From an uncultured Collinsella sp. (lineage in GTDB: Bacteria > Actinomycetota > Coriobacteriia > Coriobacteriales > Coriobacteriaceae): a stretch of 64,000 bases of DNA. Of this stretch, positions 52,704-61,270 are shown piece after piece; the stretch's first letter is position 1, and every line of letters begins with the position of its first letter. The DNA lies in contig CATXLW010000008.1 of assembly GCA_958371715.1 (NCBI GenBank), positions 16,678-80,677 on the forward strand. The letters run 5' to 3'. The position numbers and the translations under genes are program-made. The notes below the pieces were generated by a model, which was not told the DNA's origin, ran no database searches, and saw only the letters and a list, made by a program, of their open reading frames with translations.

Positions 52704-52867
52704 CGCCACGAAACGTGCCCATCTACTACGTTTAAGCCACTACCCTCAACCACAGTGAACAACGCGAAAAGAAAACCGCAGGTAGAAAGCCTGCGGTTTT
52801 TCATAAAACGCGGTCATGGTCGGGGGTATCAGGCTAAGCGTAGTAGATGGGCCGATTTCGTGGCGGG
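52704..52867. repeat. Type-B long-hairpin intergenic repeat
   Basis: CGCCACGAAACGTGCCCATCTACTACG ... CGTAGTAGATGGGCCGATTTCGTGGCG, with the core AAAACCGCAGGTAGAAAGCCTGCGGTTTTTCATAAAACGCGGTCATGGTCGGGGG. Confidence 0.8.
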
Positions 52868-52873
52868 CGGGTT

Positions 52874-52935
52874 CAGCTGATTCCCCGGGGACGTCTGGGA
52901 ACGGAAGAAAACGGATCAATTTGGCTCTCTGAGGG
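52874..52935. repeat. Type-C short repeat module (reverse orientation)
   Basis: CAGCTGATTCCCCGGGGACGTCTGGGAACGGAAGAAAACGGATCAATTTGGCTCTCTGAGGGC. Confidence 0.55.
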
Positions 52936-52966
52936 CCACGATGCCCGTCATATCAGCCGGCCATTC

Positions 52967-53118
52967 CAAAACTATGCCGGTTTACGGGGCTGAATCGCGA
53001 ACCCCCAACCATATGCAATTCCGAGATAATAAAACGCAGGTAGACGGTGTGCCCTATTTCGAAAAATGCTGGTATGGTCGGCCCGCGCCAATCTAGCCCC
53101 GTAAACCGGCATAGTTTT
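52967..53118. repeat. Type-A long-hairpin intergenic repeat
   Basis: AAAACTATGCCGGTTTACGGGGCT ... AGCCCCGTAAACCGGCATAGTTTT, with the core AAAACGCAGGTAGAC...GGTATGGTCGG. Confidence 0.8.
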
Positions 53119-53165
53119 AAAATGGCACTTCGGCAGTATTGATTCCCGCCCCGGCGCGACCAGCC

Positions 53166-53879
53166 CTACAGCCCGTATTTCACGACGACACGGTTAATGC
53201 GACGGCACCAAGGCTTGTACAAGGCGGCCAAAAACACGCAGGTCGCAAGGCCGTGCGTAATATCGAACGGCACTGCCGTGGCAAGACGCGCCACGGCACC
53301 CGCCCAAGTAAGCGGCTGTACAAAACCAATGATGTCATACGCGTTGATCACGACGCCATACAGCAAGCCCGACGCAAAGCCATACGCCAACAGTGCCGGC
53401 ATTCGCACGGTTCCATCGGCGCGGTCAAACGCGCCCGCATGCGCCAGTGCGCCACCGATATAGCCCACCAGACCCCAGGCATACATCTGCCACGGCGTCC
53501 ACATGCCCTGCCCAAAAAAGAAATTGCTGGTCAGCGCTGCCAACACGCCAACCATAAAACCATTGCGGCGACCAAGCGTCGCCCCCGCGATAATGGCGAT
53601 GGCGCTCACCGGTTTAAAGTCGGGAATGGGGCCAAACAAGATGCGCCCCGCCGCGGCCAACGCCGCCAACACCAGCGTGGGCATAATCTGGCGCAGGCCC
53701 GGGCGCGACGCCTCGTAACCCGCAAAGAACAGTGCGAGCACGAGCGCCACTACAACCAGCATGGCAAGCGCCGCCTGCTCAATGCCCACCAGCAACGCCG
53801 CAGCCATCACGGCTGGCACCGCCAGCAGCAGCGGGATCTCCAGTTTTGCAAGCAAGCGCGAGAAACGACAGTCCGTCAT
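53166..53879 (-). CDS. ECF-transporter substrate-capture (S) component-like membrane protein
   Basis: Six hydrophobic helices. It sits directly downstream of the fused EcfA ATPase. I chose the MTDCRFSRLL start (53879) to avoid overlapping the ATPase gene. Confidence 0.55.
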   Translation of the reverse strand: MTDCRFSRLLAKLEIPLLLAVPAVMAAALLVGIEQAALAMLVVVALVLALFFAGYEASRPGLRQIMPTLVLAALAAAGRILFGPIPDFKPVSAIAIIAGATLGRRNGFMVGVLAALTSNFFFGQGMWTPWQMYAWGLVGYIGGALAHAGAFDRADGTVRMPALLAYGFASGLLYGVVINAYDIIGFVQPLTWAGAVARLATAVPFDITHGLATCVFLAALYKPWCRRINRVVVKYGL

Positions 53880-53883
53880 CCCA

Positions 53884-55527
53884 TCACGCCCTATAGAACA
53901 CGTTGTCGGCAAAGAAGTCGGCCGGGGGCTCCATGCAGGCAATCTCGCCGTCAAACATCATGGCGACGTCGTCGGACACCTGCTCGGCAAAGTCTAAGTC
54001 GTGCGTGGCCATGATGACGGTACCGCCGGCATTCGCATGGTCACGCAGGGCGCGGGCGATGATGCGGCGGCTCTCCAGGTCCAAGCCCTTCGTGGGCTCG
54101 TCAAGCAGCAGCAGCTCGGGGCCAATCAGCAGCAGCTTTGCCAGCGCGAGCAGCTGGCGCTGTCCGCCCGAGAGGTCGTAGGGGTGGCGCGTCTCCAGGC
54201 CGTCCAATCCCAGTTGCGCCGCACGCTCCCGCGCCAAGTTCTCGTCATATCCGCAGGTCGAGGCCCACTCCATCAGCTCATCGCGAACCGTCTCGGCGAC
54301 CAGCAGGGCCTTGGGATTCTGTGGCAGCAGCGCCGCCGAAGCCGCTCCGCGCACCATGCGGCCGCGCTGCAGCTTGGCGGTCTTGGCCAGCACCGAGAGC
54401 ATCGTCGACTTGCCGCAGCCGTTTCCGCCCACGACCGCATGCACCGCGCCGGCTGAAAACGTCACATCGAGCCCGCGCAGCACCCAACCGCCAACGCGAT
54501 CGTAGCGAAACCAGCCTTCCGACAGGGTGGTAGCCGACCCGCCGTGCATTTTTTGGAGTATTCTGCCTCCATCCGTGCGCGGGAAGGCTTCCGAGCCGTT
54601 CTCGAGTGACGTTTGCGCCACAAATTCGGACGATTTGTCCAATTCCGAACTTTTTTTCGCGCTCGCTACGTCCCCGGGCGGCTCCAGAGAGCCCAAATTG
54701 TCCTCACGCCTGCTGAATACTCCGTTTTTTGCACATCGGATGGCACCCCACCCCAACATGTCATCGGAAAACAGCGATTCTCGGCGTCCCAAAGAAGCCA
54801 TATCCGCCACCTCGCGCACACGACCGCCCTCAATCCGGTACGCACACGTCGCATACTCGAGCATCGGCCGCGGTTGATGCGTAGCCACAACAACCGTGCA
54901 GCCCAGCTCACGGTTCGCGCGAAACAGCGCGTGCAGAAAATTCTTCTCGGCAACGGGATCGAGCTGAGACGTGGGCTCGTCGAGTAGCAGCACACGCGGA
55001 CGCAGCGCCAGGACGGCGGCAAGCGACAGCAGCTGTTTGCGGCCACCCGAAAGCGTATCGGTATCGCGATGAAGCCAGTCCTCCAGACCAAAGAAATAGC
55101 TGGTCTCGGCAACACGGCGGCGCATCTCGTCGCGCGACATGCCTAAGTTTTCCAGGCCAAACGCCATCTCGTGCCACACGGTCTCGCACACAATCTGGTT
55201 CTCGGGATCCTGGAACACGTAGCCCACGCACTCCGCAGACGCGCGCACGTCCATGTCGGCAACGTTCTCGCCCAGCACGCGCGCATCGCCAGTGCGCTCG
55301 CCCGCCGGAGCGATCTCGGGCTTGAGCAGCGACAGCAGCGTCGACTTACCCGATCCGGTACCGCCAACAAGCAGCGCAAATGCACCTTGGGGGACAGACC
55401 AGTCGAGCCCCTCGAGCACCGCAGCATCAGCCCCGGGGTAGGTAAAGCTCAGGCTCCGCACCTCAATCGCCGGCATATCCGGGTCGCACGCCGCGCCCGA
55501 CACCGGGCCACTATCCAACCGAGCCAT
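53884..55527 (-). CDS. Fused tandem ABC ATPase (EcfA1-EcfA2 type)
   Basis: Two full cassettes: GGTGSGKST / LSGGRKQ / LLLDEPTSQLD and GGNGCGKST / LSGGQRQ / LLLDEPTKGLD. Confidence 0.9.
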   Translation of the reverse strand: MARLDSGPVSGAACDPDMPAIEVRSLSFTYPGADAAVLEGLDWSVPQGAFALLVGGTGSGKSTLLSLLKPEIAPAGERTGDARVLGENVADMDVRASAECVGYVFQDPENQIVCETVWHEMAFGLENLGMSRDEMRRRVAETSYFFGLEDWLHRDTDTLSGGRKQLLSLAAVLALRPRVLLLDEPTSQLDPVAEKNFLHALFRANRELGCTVVVATHQPRPMLEYATCAYRIEGGRVREVADMASLGRRESLFSDDMLGWGAIRCAKNGVFSRREDNLGSLEPPGDVASAKKSSELDKSSEFVAQTSLENGSEAFPRTDGGRILQKMHGGSATTLSEGWFRYDRVGGWVLRGLDVTFSAGAVHAVVGGNGCGKSTMLSVLAKTAKLQRGRMVRGAASAALLPQNPKALLVAETVRDELMEWASTCGYDENLARERAAQLGLDGLETRHPYDLSGGQRQLLALAKLLLIGPELLLLDEPTKGLDLESRRIIARALRDHANAGGTVIMATHDLDFAEQVSDDVAMMFDGEIACMEPPADFFADNVFYRA

Positions 55528-56405
55528 CAGCCGAACCTCTTCTCATCGATCGCATGCAGCACGCAGGGCAGCACCATCCAGGCAGCGTACACGACATAAC
55601 CCAGCCACGGCGCGGGCACCGAAAGCTGCGGGTAAAACGAATACTGCGTTGTCGCGGTCCATGCCACCGCCACCGCGGCGGTACCAAACACTGCAAGTCC
55701 AACCAGCGCGGCAACATCGCCGCGCCTCAGCCGATACCGCGCATACGTCGTACGGCGCGACGCAGCACCCCACCCGCGCGAGCGCATGGCATCCGCGCGC
55801 TCAAGCGAATCTTCCATGCCCCAGCCCATCAGCACGCTCGAGGCCCGCAGGCGCGAACGCACGGGGTCGGCCGGCGCGCGCCCCGGCACATCGATCGCGT
55901 CCTGCACCGCCAGCACCGTGCGACCGCGGCGCAAAAACTGTGGGATAAGCCGCATGCACATCGAGATCATGAGCGCGATCACCGGCGCGGCGTTGCCCAA
56001 AAGCGCAAGCACCTTATCGTATTCGAGCATCGACGCCGCGGCCTCAAACCACAGCACGCTCGCCACAAACAGCCCACCCATGCACAGGCCGTACATCATG
56101 CTCTCCAAATACACCACGCGCATGCCAATATGGAAAAGCTCGGTCGAGCCCGATGCGCTAAACAGCGGGTTGACCAGTGCAATGATCAAAATCACCGGCA
56201 GCTGCCAGCGAAGCGCGCCCAACGTGCGGGCAGCCCCGCGCGTCGCAAATCCATACGCCAACCCGCCCGCGAGCGACAGCGCAATCAGCACCGGTTGCAT
56301 CGAGAACATGGTGAGCCCCAACGTCAGCACCATGTAGAGTGACGGCACCGCCGGATGCGACATCGAGAATGCCGCGACGGGCTCGTTGCCCGATTCCTCT
56401 CGCAT
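55527..56405 (-). CDS. ecfT: ECF transporter transmembrane component (EcfT/CbiQ family)
   Basis: Polytopic, and its stop overlaps the ATPase start. The ORF extends to 56582, but its first ~60 codons are Arg-rich and leave only 28 nt before glmU. Start at M60 (56405) or M74 (56363) is more plausible, so the start is uncertain. Confidence 0.65.
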   Translation of the reverse strand: MREESGNEPVAAFSMSHPAVPSLYMVLTLGLTMFSMQPVLIALSLAGGLAYGFATRGAARTLGALRWQLPVILIIALVNPLFSASGSTELFHIGMRVVYLESMMYGLCMGGLFVASVLWFEAAASMLEYDKVLALLGNAAPVIALMISMCMRLIPQFLRRGRTVLAVQDAIDVPGRAPADPVRSRLRASSVLMGWGMEDSLERADAMRSRGWGAASRRTTYARYRLRRGDVAALVGLAVFGTAAVAVAWTATTQYSFYPQLSVPAPWLGYVVYAAWMVLPCVLHAIDEKRFG

Positions 56406-56610
56406 GATATCCACGGGCACCCCCGTCCCCTCGCTCAAACGACAACGCCGCAGCGCCTCCGCCATACACAACCAGCGCAAACGCCGCACCGCCGGCCCAA
56501 GCATCAGCTGCCGCAAACCAATCGTTACGCGCTCATCATATGCCTGCGGTATCATATTGCGCCGTGTATCGTTTCCAAACACACGTCTCTATAACGTAAC
56601 AGGAGATCAC

Positions 56611-58023
56611 ATGGACGCAACCGCAATTATCCTCGCTGCCGGCGAGGGCACCCGCATGAAGTCGAACCACTGCAAGGTTTCGCACAAGATCCTGGGTAAG
56701 CCCATGGTCCAGTGGATCGTCGACGCTACCATCAAGGCCGGCTGCAGCCGCGTCGTGGTCGTCATCGGCAGCCACGCCGACGAGATGCGCGCCCTCATCG
56801 ACGGCGCCTACGCCAACAGCGCCACCAAGGTCGAGTGCGTCGAGCAGACCGAGCGCCTGGGCACCGGCCACGCCGTAAAGGTCGCGCTCGAGGCCTGCGG
56901 CATCACGCAAGGCCCCGTCGTCGTGCTCAACGGCGACCTGCCGCTCATCACCGCCGACACCGTCGCCAAGTTCGCGCAAACCGTCGCCACCGGCGAGCTC
57001 GCCTGCACCGTCATGACCATGACCCCGCCCGATCCTTTCGGCTACGGCCGCATCAAGCTGGGCGCCGATGGTCAGATCGAGCGCATCATCGAGCAGAAGG
57101 ACTGCACGCCCGAGCAGGCCGCCACGCTGCTGGAGTGCAACGCCGGCTGCTACGCATTTGACGGCACGCAGCTCGCCGCCCACATCAACGAGATCGGCAA
57201 CGACAACGCGCAATCCGAGTACTACCTGCCCGACATGCTCGAGATCCTCAAAGGCCACGGCCAGGCTGTCTCCATCTTCCACTGCGACGACTACCGCGAC
57301 GGCCTGGGCGTCAACAGCCGCATCCAGCTCGCACAGCTCACCGCCATCGCGCGCGACCGCATCAACGAGCACTGGATGGCCGAGGGCGTTACCTTCATCG
57401 ACCCCACACAGGCCTGGATCGGCCCCGATGCCGTTATCGGCCGCGATACCGTCGTGTGGCCGCAGACGCACCTGATCGGCCACGTCACCGTGGGCGAGGA
57501 GTGCCAGCTCGGTCCCAACAGCCGCCTCACCGACACCACCGTCGGCAGCGGCTGCACCATCGATGAGACCATCGCCATTGAGGCCGTCATCGAGAACGGC
57601 GTCGACTGCGGTCCGCGCGCCTACCTGCGCCCGGGCACCCACATGCTCGACGGCTCCAAGGCCGGCACGCACGTGGAGATCAAGAAGTCCACGATCGGCG
57701 AGGGTTCCAAGGTGCCCCACCTGTCCTACATCGGCGACACCACCATGGGCTCCGGCGTCAACGTGGGCGCGGGCTCCATCACCTGCAACTACGATGGCGT
57801 GCACAAGCACAAGACCGTCATCGGCAAGGACGCCTTCATTGGCTCCGACACCATGATGGTCGCGCCCGCCCAGATCGGCGACGGTGCACTCGTGGCCGCC
57901 GGCTCCGTCATCACCGAGCCGGTCCCGGCAGACGCGCTCGGTCTGGGCCGCGCCCGTCAGGTAAATATTGAGGGCTGGGCCGCCGATTACCGCCGCCGCC
58001 TGCACGAGGACGACGAGGTATAA
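56611..58023 (+). CDS. glmU: Bifunctional GlcNAc-1-P uridyltransferase / GlcN-1-P acetyltransferase
   Basis: ILAAGEGTRMKS N-terminus and C-terminal left-handed beta-helix hexapeptide repeats. AGGAG RBS before the ATG at 56611. Confidence 0.9.
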   Translation: MDATAIILAAGEGTRMKSNHCKVSHKILGKPMVQWIVDATIKAGCSRVVVVIGSHADEMRALIDGAYANSATKVECVEQTERLGTGHAVKVALEACGITQGPVVVLNGDLPLITADTVAKFAQTVATGELACTVMTMTPPDPFGYGRIKLGADGQIERIIEQKDCTPEQAATLLECNAGCYAFDGTQLAAHINEIGNDNAQSEYYLPDMLEILKGHGQAVSIFHCDDYRDGLGVNSRIQLAQLTAIARDRINEHWMAEGVTFIDPTQAWIGPDAVIGRDTVVWPQTHLIGHVTVGEECQLGPNSRLTDTTVGSGCTIDETIAIEAVIENGVDCGPRAYLRPGTHMLDGSKAGTHVEIKKSTIGEGSKVPHLSYIGDTTMGSGVNVGAGSITCNYDGVHKHKTVIGKDAFIGSDTMMVAPAQIGDGALVAAGSVITEPVPADALGLGRARQVNIEGWAADYRRRLHEDDEV

Positions 58024-58040
58024 CGTTTTACCAAGCACAA

Positions 58041-58075
58041 AAGGAGCTGCTCCATGGGGGCGGCTCCTTTTTCTA
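58041..58075 (+). terminator. Rho-independent terminator after glmU
   Basis: AGGAGCTGC-TCCATGGGG-GCGGCTCCT followed by TTTTCT. Confidence 0.65.
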
Positions 58076-58215
58076 TCGTGACCTGCGCAACCGGATGAGT
58101 GGTCGGTTCGTGTCCGTTGGCGGTAAAGACGTTATCAAGACCCGATAAACCCCGCCGCGCGGTTACAATGCAACAAGGCATCTATATGGCATTCGATGTA
58201 TAAAGGAGAAGGGTA

Positions 58216-59202
58216 ATGCCGATTAATGATCCCGAGAAGTCGGAGAATATGCGCAAGTCCATCCGCGTGTATTCCGGTTCCTCCAACCGTCCCCTCGCTC
58301 AGAAGATTGCTGAGTACCTTGGGGTCGAGCTTTCGGGCCTTACGCTAAAGCAGTTCGCCAATGGTGAGATTTACGCCCGCTACGACGAGACCGTCCGCGG
58401 CGCCGACGTCTTCCTGATTCAGTCCGTGGCCGGCGGCAACGTCAACGACATGCTCATGGAGCTGCTCATCGCCACCGACGCTGCCAAGCGCGCATCCGCC
58501 CGCTCCATCACCGCCGTTATCACCCACTACGGCTATGCCCGCCAGGACCGCAAGGCCGGCCCGCGCGAGCCCATCACCGCCCGCCTCGTCGCCAACCTGC
58601 TCGAGCGTGCCGGCGTCAACCGCATCATCACCCTCGACCTGCACCAGGGCCAGATCCAGGGCTTCTTCGATATCCCGGTTAACCACCTGTCCGCACTGCC
58701 GCTATTTGGCCAGTACTACAACGACATGCACTTCGACACCGACAACCTGGTTGTCGTCTCCCCCGACGTGGGTCGCGCCAAGGCCGCCAAGAAGCTGTCC
58801 GACATGCTCGGCTGCGACCTGGCCATCGCCCACAAGGGCCGTCCGCGCCACAACGCCGCCGAGGTCATGGGCATCATCGGTGACATCAAGGGCAAGACCT
58901 GCATCATCAACGACGACATGATCGACACTGCTGGCACCCTGTGCGCCAACGTCAAGGAGCTCAAGGCTATGGGCGCCGGCGACATCTACGTCTGCGCCAC
59001 CCACGGCATCTTCTCCGGTCCGGCCATCGAGCGCCTGAACGATGCCCCCATCGTCGAGTGCGTCGTCACCGACGCCATCCCCGTCGAGGTCGGCGGCAAG
59101 ATCAAGACTATCTCGGTCGCCGAGGAGTTCGCTCAGGCCATCTCCGCCGTTTACCACGAGGAGCCCGTCTCCACGCTCGTCGGCGGCGACTTCGCGCTGT
59201 AG
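58216..59202 (+). CDS. prs: Ribose-phosphate pyrophosphokinase
   Basis: FANGEIYARY, HYGYARQDRK and VVSPDVGR motifs. Confidence 0.9.
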   Translation: MPINDPEKSENMRKSIRVYSGSSNRPLAQKIAEYLGVELSGLTLKQFANGEIYARYDETVRGADVFLIQSVAGGNVNDMLMELLIATDAAKRASARSITAVITHYGYARQDRKAGPREPITARLVANLLERAGVNRIITLDLHQGQIQGFFDIPVNHLSALPLFGQYYNDMHFDTDNLVVVSPDVGRAKAAKKLSDMLGCDLAIAHKGRPRHNAAEVMGIIGDIKGKTCIINDDMIDTAGTLCANVKELKAMGAGDIYVCATHGIFSGPAIERLNDAPIVECVVTDAIPVEVGGKIKTISVAEEFAQAISAVYHEEPVSTLVGGDFAL

Positions 59203-59230
59203 TCGCATCGTCCTTGCAACCCGGCGCATC

Positions 59231-59308
59231 GCCGCCGGAACAGAAGAAACCCCCGCGCTCCCCCTTGCTTCGCAAAGGTCGCGCGGGGGTTTCTTCTGTT
59301 CCGGCGGC
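59231..59308. repeat. 28-bp perfect inverted repeat with a 22-nt loop
   Basis: GCCGCCGGAACAGAAGAAACCCCCGCGC ... GCGCGGGGGTTTCTTCTGTTCCGGCGGC, starting 29 nt after the prs stop. No T-run follows. Confidence 0.8.
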
Positions 59309-59426
59309 TCGCTCTGCCGCGGCCGCGCTTTTGTCTGGTGGGATTTCGCTGAAACGAAGTCTCGCCTTCGGCGGGCGTGGTAGCCTTTGTCGTTGAACGA
59401 ACTACTTATGTAACGAAAGGAAGCCT

Positions 59427-60056
59427 ATGGCAGCTGCACAGCCGCTTAAGATTCGCATGGTTGCCGGACTTGGCAACCCGGGTGAGGAATATGCCGAGAC
59501 CCGCCACAACGCCGGCTTTAAGGCGATCGATGAGCTGGCCCGTCAGGCCGGTGTCACGTACTGGAAAAACCAGGCCGGCGCCGAGGTCGCACTCATCAAC
59601 ATCAACGATCCCGAGGAAGAGGGTGGCAAGCGCCAGATCGTGCTGGTCAAGCCGCAGTCGTACATGAACACCTCGGGCGGACCCATCTCCAAGCTCTGCC
59701 GCGAGTACAAGATCAAGGCCGAGGAGCTGCTCGTGATTCACGACGAGCTCGACATTCCCGCCGGTGACGTGCGCGTCAAGGTGGGCGGAGGCCATGCCGG
59801 TCACAACGGCCTGCGCTCCATCATCGACAAGATGGGCAGCCGCGACTTTAGCCGTATCCGCACCGGCATCGGCAACCCTCCCGGCAAGATGGCCGTGGCA
59901 GACTATGTGCTCAAGCAGCTGCGCGCCCGCGAGGCCGAGGACTTCCAGGACACCTGCGCCCGCGCCGCAGATGCCGCCGGTCTGGCCATCGTCCACGGCG
60001 TAATCTACGCCCGCGACCACGTCAACGGCGCCGCCTCCGCCAACGGCAAGCACTAA
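59427..60056 (+). CDS. pth: Peptidyl-tRNA hydrolase
   Basis: GLGNPGEEYAETRHNAGF, plus HDELD and GHNGLRS. Confidence 0.9.
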   Translation: MAAAQPLKIRMVAGLGNPGEEYAETRHNAGFKAIDELARQAGVTYWKNQAGAEVALININDPEEEGGKRQIVLVKPQSYMNTSGGPISKLCREYKIKAEELLVIHDELDIPAGDVRVKVGGGHAGHNGLRSIIDKMGSRDFSRIRTGIGNPPGKMAVADYVLKQLRAREAEDFQDTCARAADAAGLAIVHGVIYARDHVNGAASANGKH

Positions 60057-60069
60057 AACCTACCGTTTA

Positions 60070-60245
60070 GGGACAGGTTTATTTTGGCAGGTTTTATCTG
60101 CGGAAACGCCCCGGTGGCCGCATCGCAATAAACCCCGCACCGCCATACACGCATAACACCCCAAAGGGGGCCGGCCTCATCACAAGCCGAGGCCGGCCCC
60201 CTTTGCCGTTTTGCCTGATAAAACCGACCAAAATAAACCTATCCC
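60070..60245. repeat. 29-bp inverted repeats (26/29) flanking a 118-bp segment that contains a bidirectional terminator hairpin
   Basis: Left GGGACAGGTTTATTTTGGCAGGTTTTATC (60070-60098). The reverse complement of the right arm is GGGATAGGTTTATTTTGGTCGGTTTTATC (60217-60245). Inside is AAAGGGGGCCGGCCTC...GAGGCCGGCCCCCTTT. Confidence 0.7.
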
Positions 60246-60319
60246 TATTTGGCAGGTCGAAGTGGATAAACCCTTTTCCCAACCGCCGAAGACACACGTA
60301 AACAGCATGTCCATGAGGG

Positions 60320-60325
60320 TATAAT
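60320..60325 (+). promoter_or_regulatory. Consensus -10 hexamer TATAAT upstream of the nfnA-like gene
   Basis: GAGGGTATAATTTG lies 105 nt upstream of the ATG at 60431. No good -35 was seen. Confidence 0.3.
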
Positions 60326-60430
60326 TTGCACCGTATGTCTGCACAACGCCTGTGCGCGTACGGTTTTACTCGGGCTACCGTCCATTTCCGTGGAGGCACG
60401 GTTCGGCGGCCCTAACAAGAGAGGGGTTCT

Positions 60431-61270
60431 ATGTATAAGATCCTGGAGAAGACGCAGTTCTCGGAGAAGGTGTTCAAGTTCCGCATCGAGGCGCCCGCGA
60501 TCGCCAAGCATGCGCACGCTGGACAGTTCCTCATGGTTCGCGCCAACGAGACGGGCGAGCGCGTCCCGTTTACCCTAGCTGGTTGGAACGGTGACGAGGG
60601 CTGGGTCGAGTTCATCTTCATGGTGATCGGCAAGACCACCGAGATGCTTTCCACCTATGAGGCCGGCGAGTCACTGCGCGACGTCGTGGGCCCGCTGGGC
60701 GTTCCCACCGAGATGGCCGAGGGCCCCTGCGCCGTCATTGGCGGCGGCGTCGGCCTGGCAATTGCCTTCCCGGTCGCCAAGCACCTGGTCGAGACCGGCC
60801 ACGAGGTCCACGCCATCATGGGCGCCCGCACCAAGGACCTCCTGCTCATGGAGGACCAGTTCCGCGAGCTCCTCGACGAGGACCACATCCATATCACCAC
60901 CGATGACGGCTCCTACGGCGAGCAGGGCGTTGTCACCGCTCCGCTGGAGCGCCTGCTGCAGGACAAGGCCGTGAGCCAGGTCTTCTGCGTCGGCCCCGTT
61001 CCGATGATGAAGTTCTCGACCCTCACCGCCCAGAAGTACGACACCCCCATTACCGCGTCCCTCAACCCCATCATGGTTGACGGCACCGGCATGTGCGGCT
61101 GCTGCCGCGTCGAGGTGGGCGGCGTGACCAAGTTCGCTTGCGTCGACGGCCCCGACTTCGATGCCACCCTGGTCGACTGGGATGACCTTCGTGCCCGCCA
61201 GGCCGCTTACCGTTCCGAAGAGGGCGAGTCCCTCAAGGCTTATGAGGAAAAGAGCTGCGCATGCCACTAG
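60431..61270 (+). CDS. NfnA-like FAD/NAD-binding subunit with a C-terminal [2Fe-2S] motif (sulfide/dihydroorotate dehydrogenase-like)
   Basis: FNR-like fold motifs GQFLMVR and GGGVGLA, with C-terminal CGCCRVEVGG..FACVDGPDF. It overlaps the next gene by 10 nt. Confidence 0.75.
   Translation: MYKILEKTQFSEKVFKFRIEAPAIAKHAHAGQFLMVRANETGERVPFTLAGWNGDEGWVEFIFMVIGKTTEMLSTYEAGESLRDVVGPLGVPTEMAEGPCAVIGGGVGLAIAFPVAKHLVETGHEVHAIMGARTKDLLLMEDQFRELLDEDHIHITTDDGSYGEQGVVTAPLERLLQDKAVSQVFCVGPVPMMKFSTLTAQKYDTPITASLNPIMVDGTGMCGCCRVEVGGVTKFACVDGPDFDATLVDWDDLRARQAAYRSEEGESLKAYEEKSCACH

Noticed and set aside
56406-56610. Possible riboswitch in a 5' leader of the ECF transporter operon
   Set aside because: I could not find TPP, cobalamin, THF or preQ1 signature boxes by eye. 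The region may simply be the N-terminus of EcfT if the long ORF start is real. This remains unresolved.
56536-58038. 500-aa - strand ORF
   Set aside because: It is antisense to glmU, which has unmistakable motifs.
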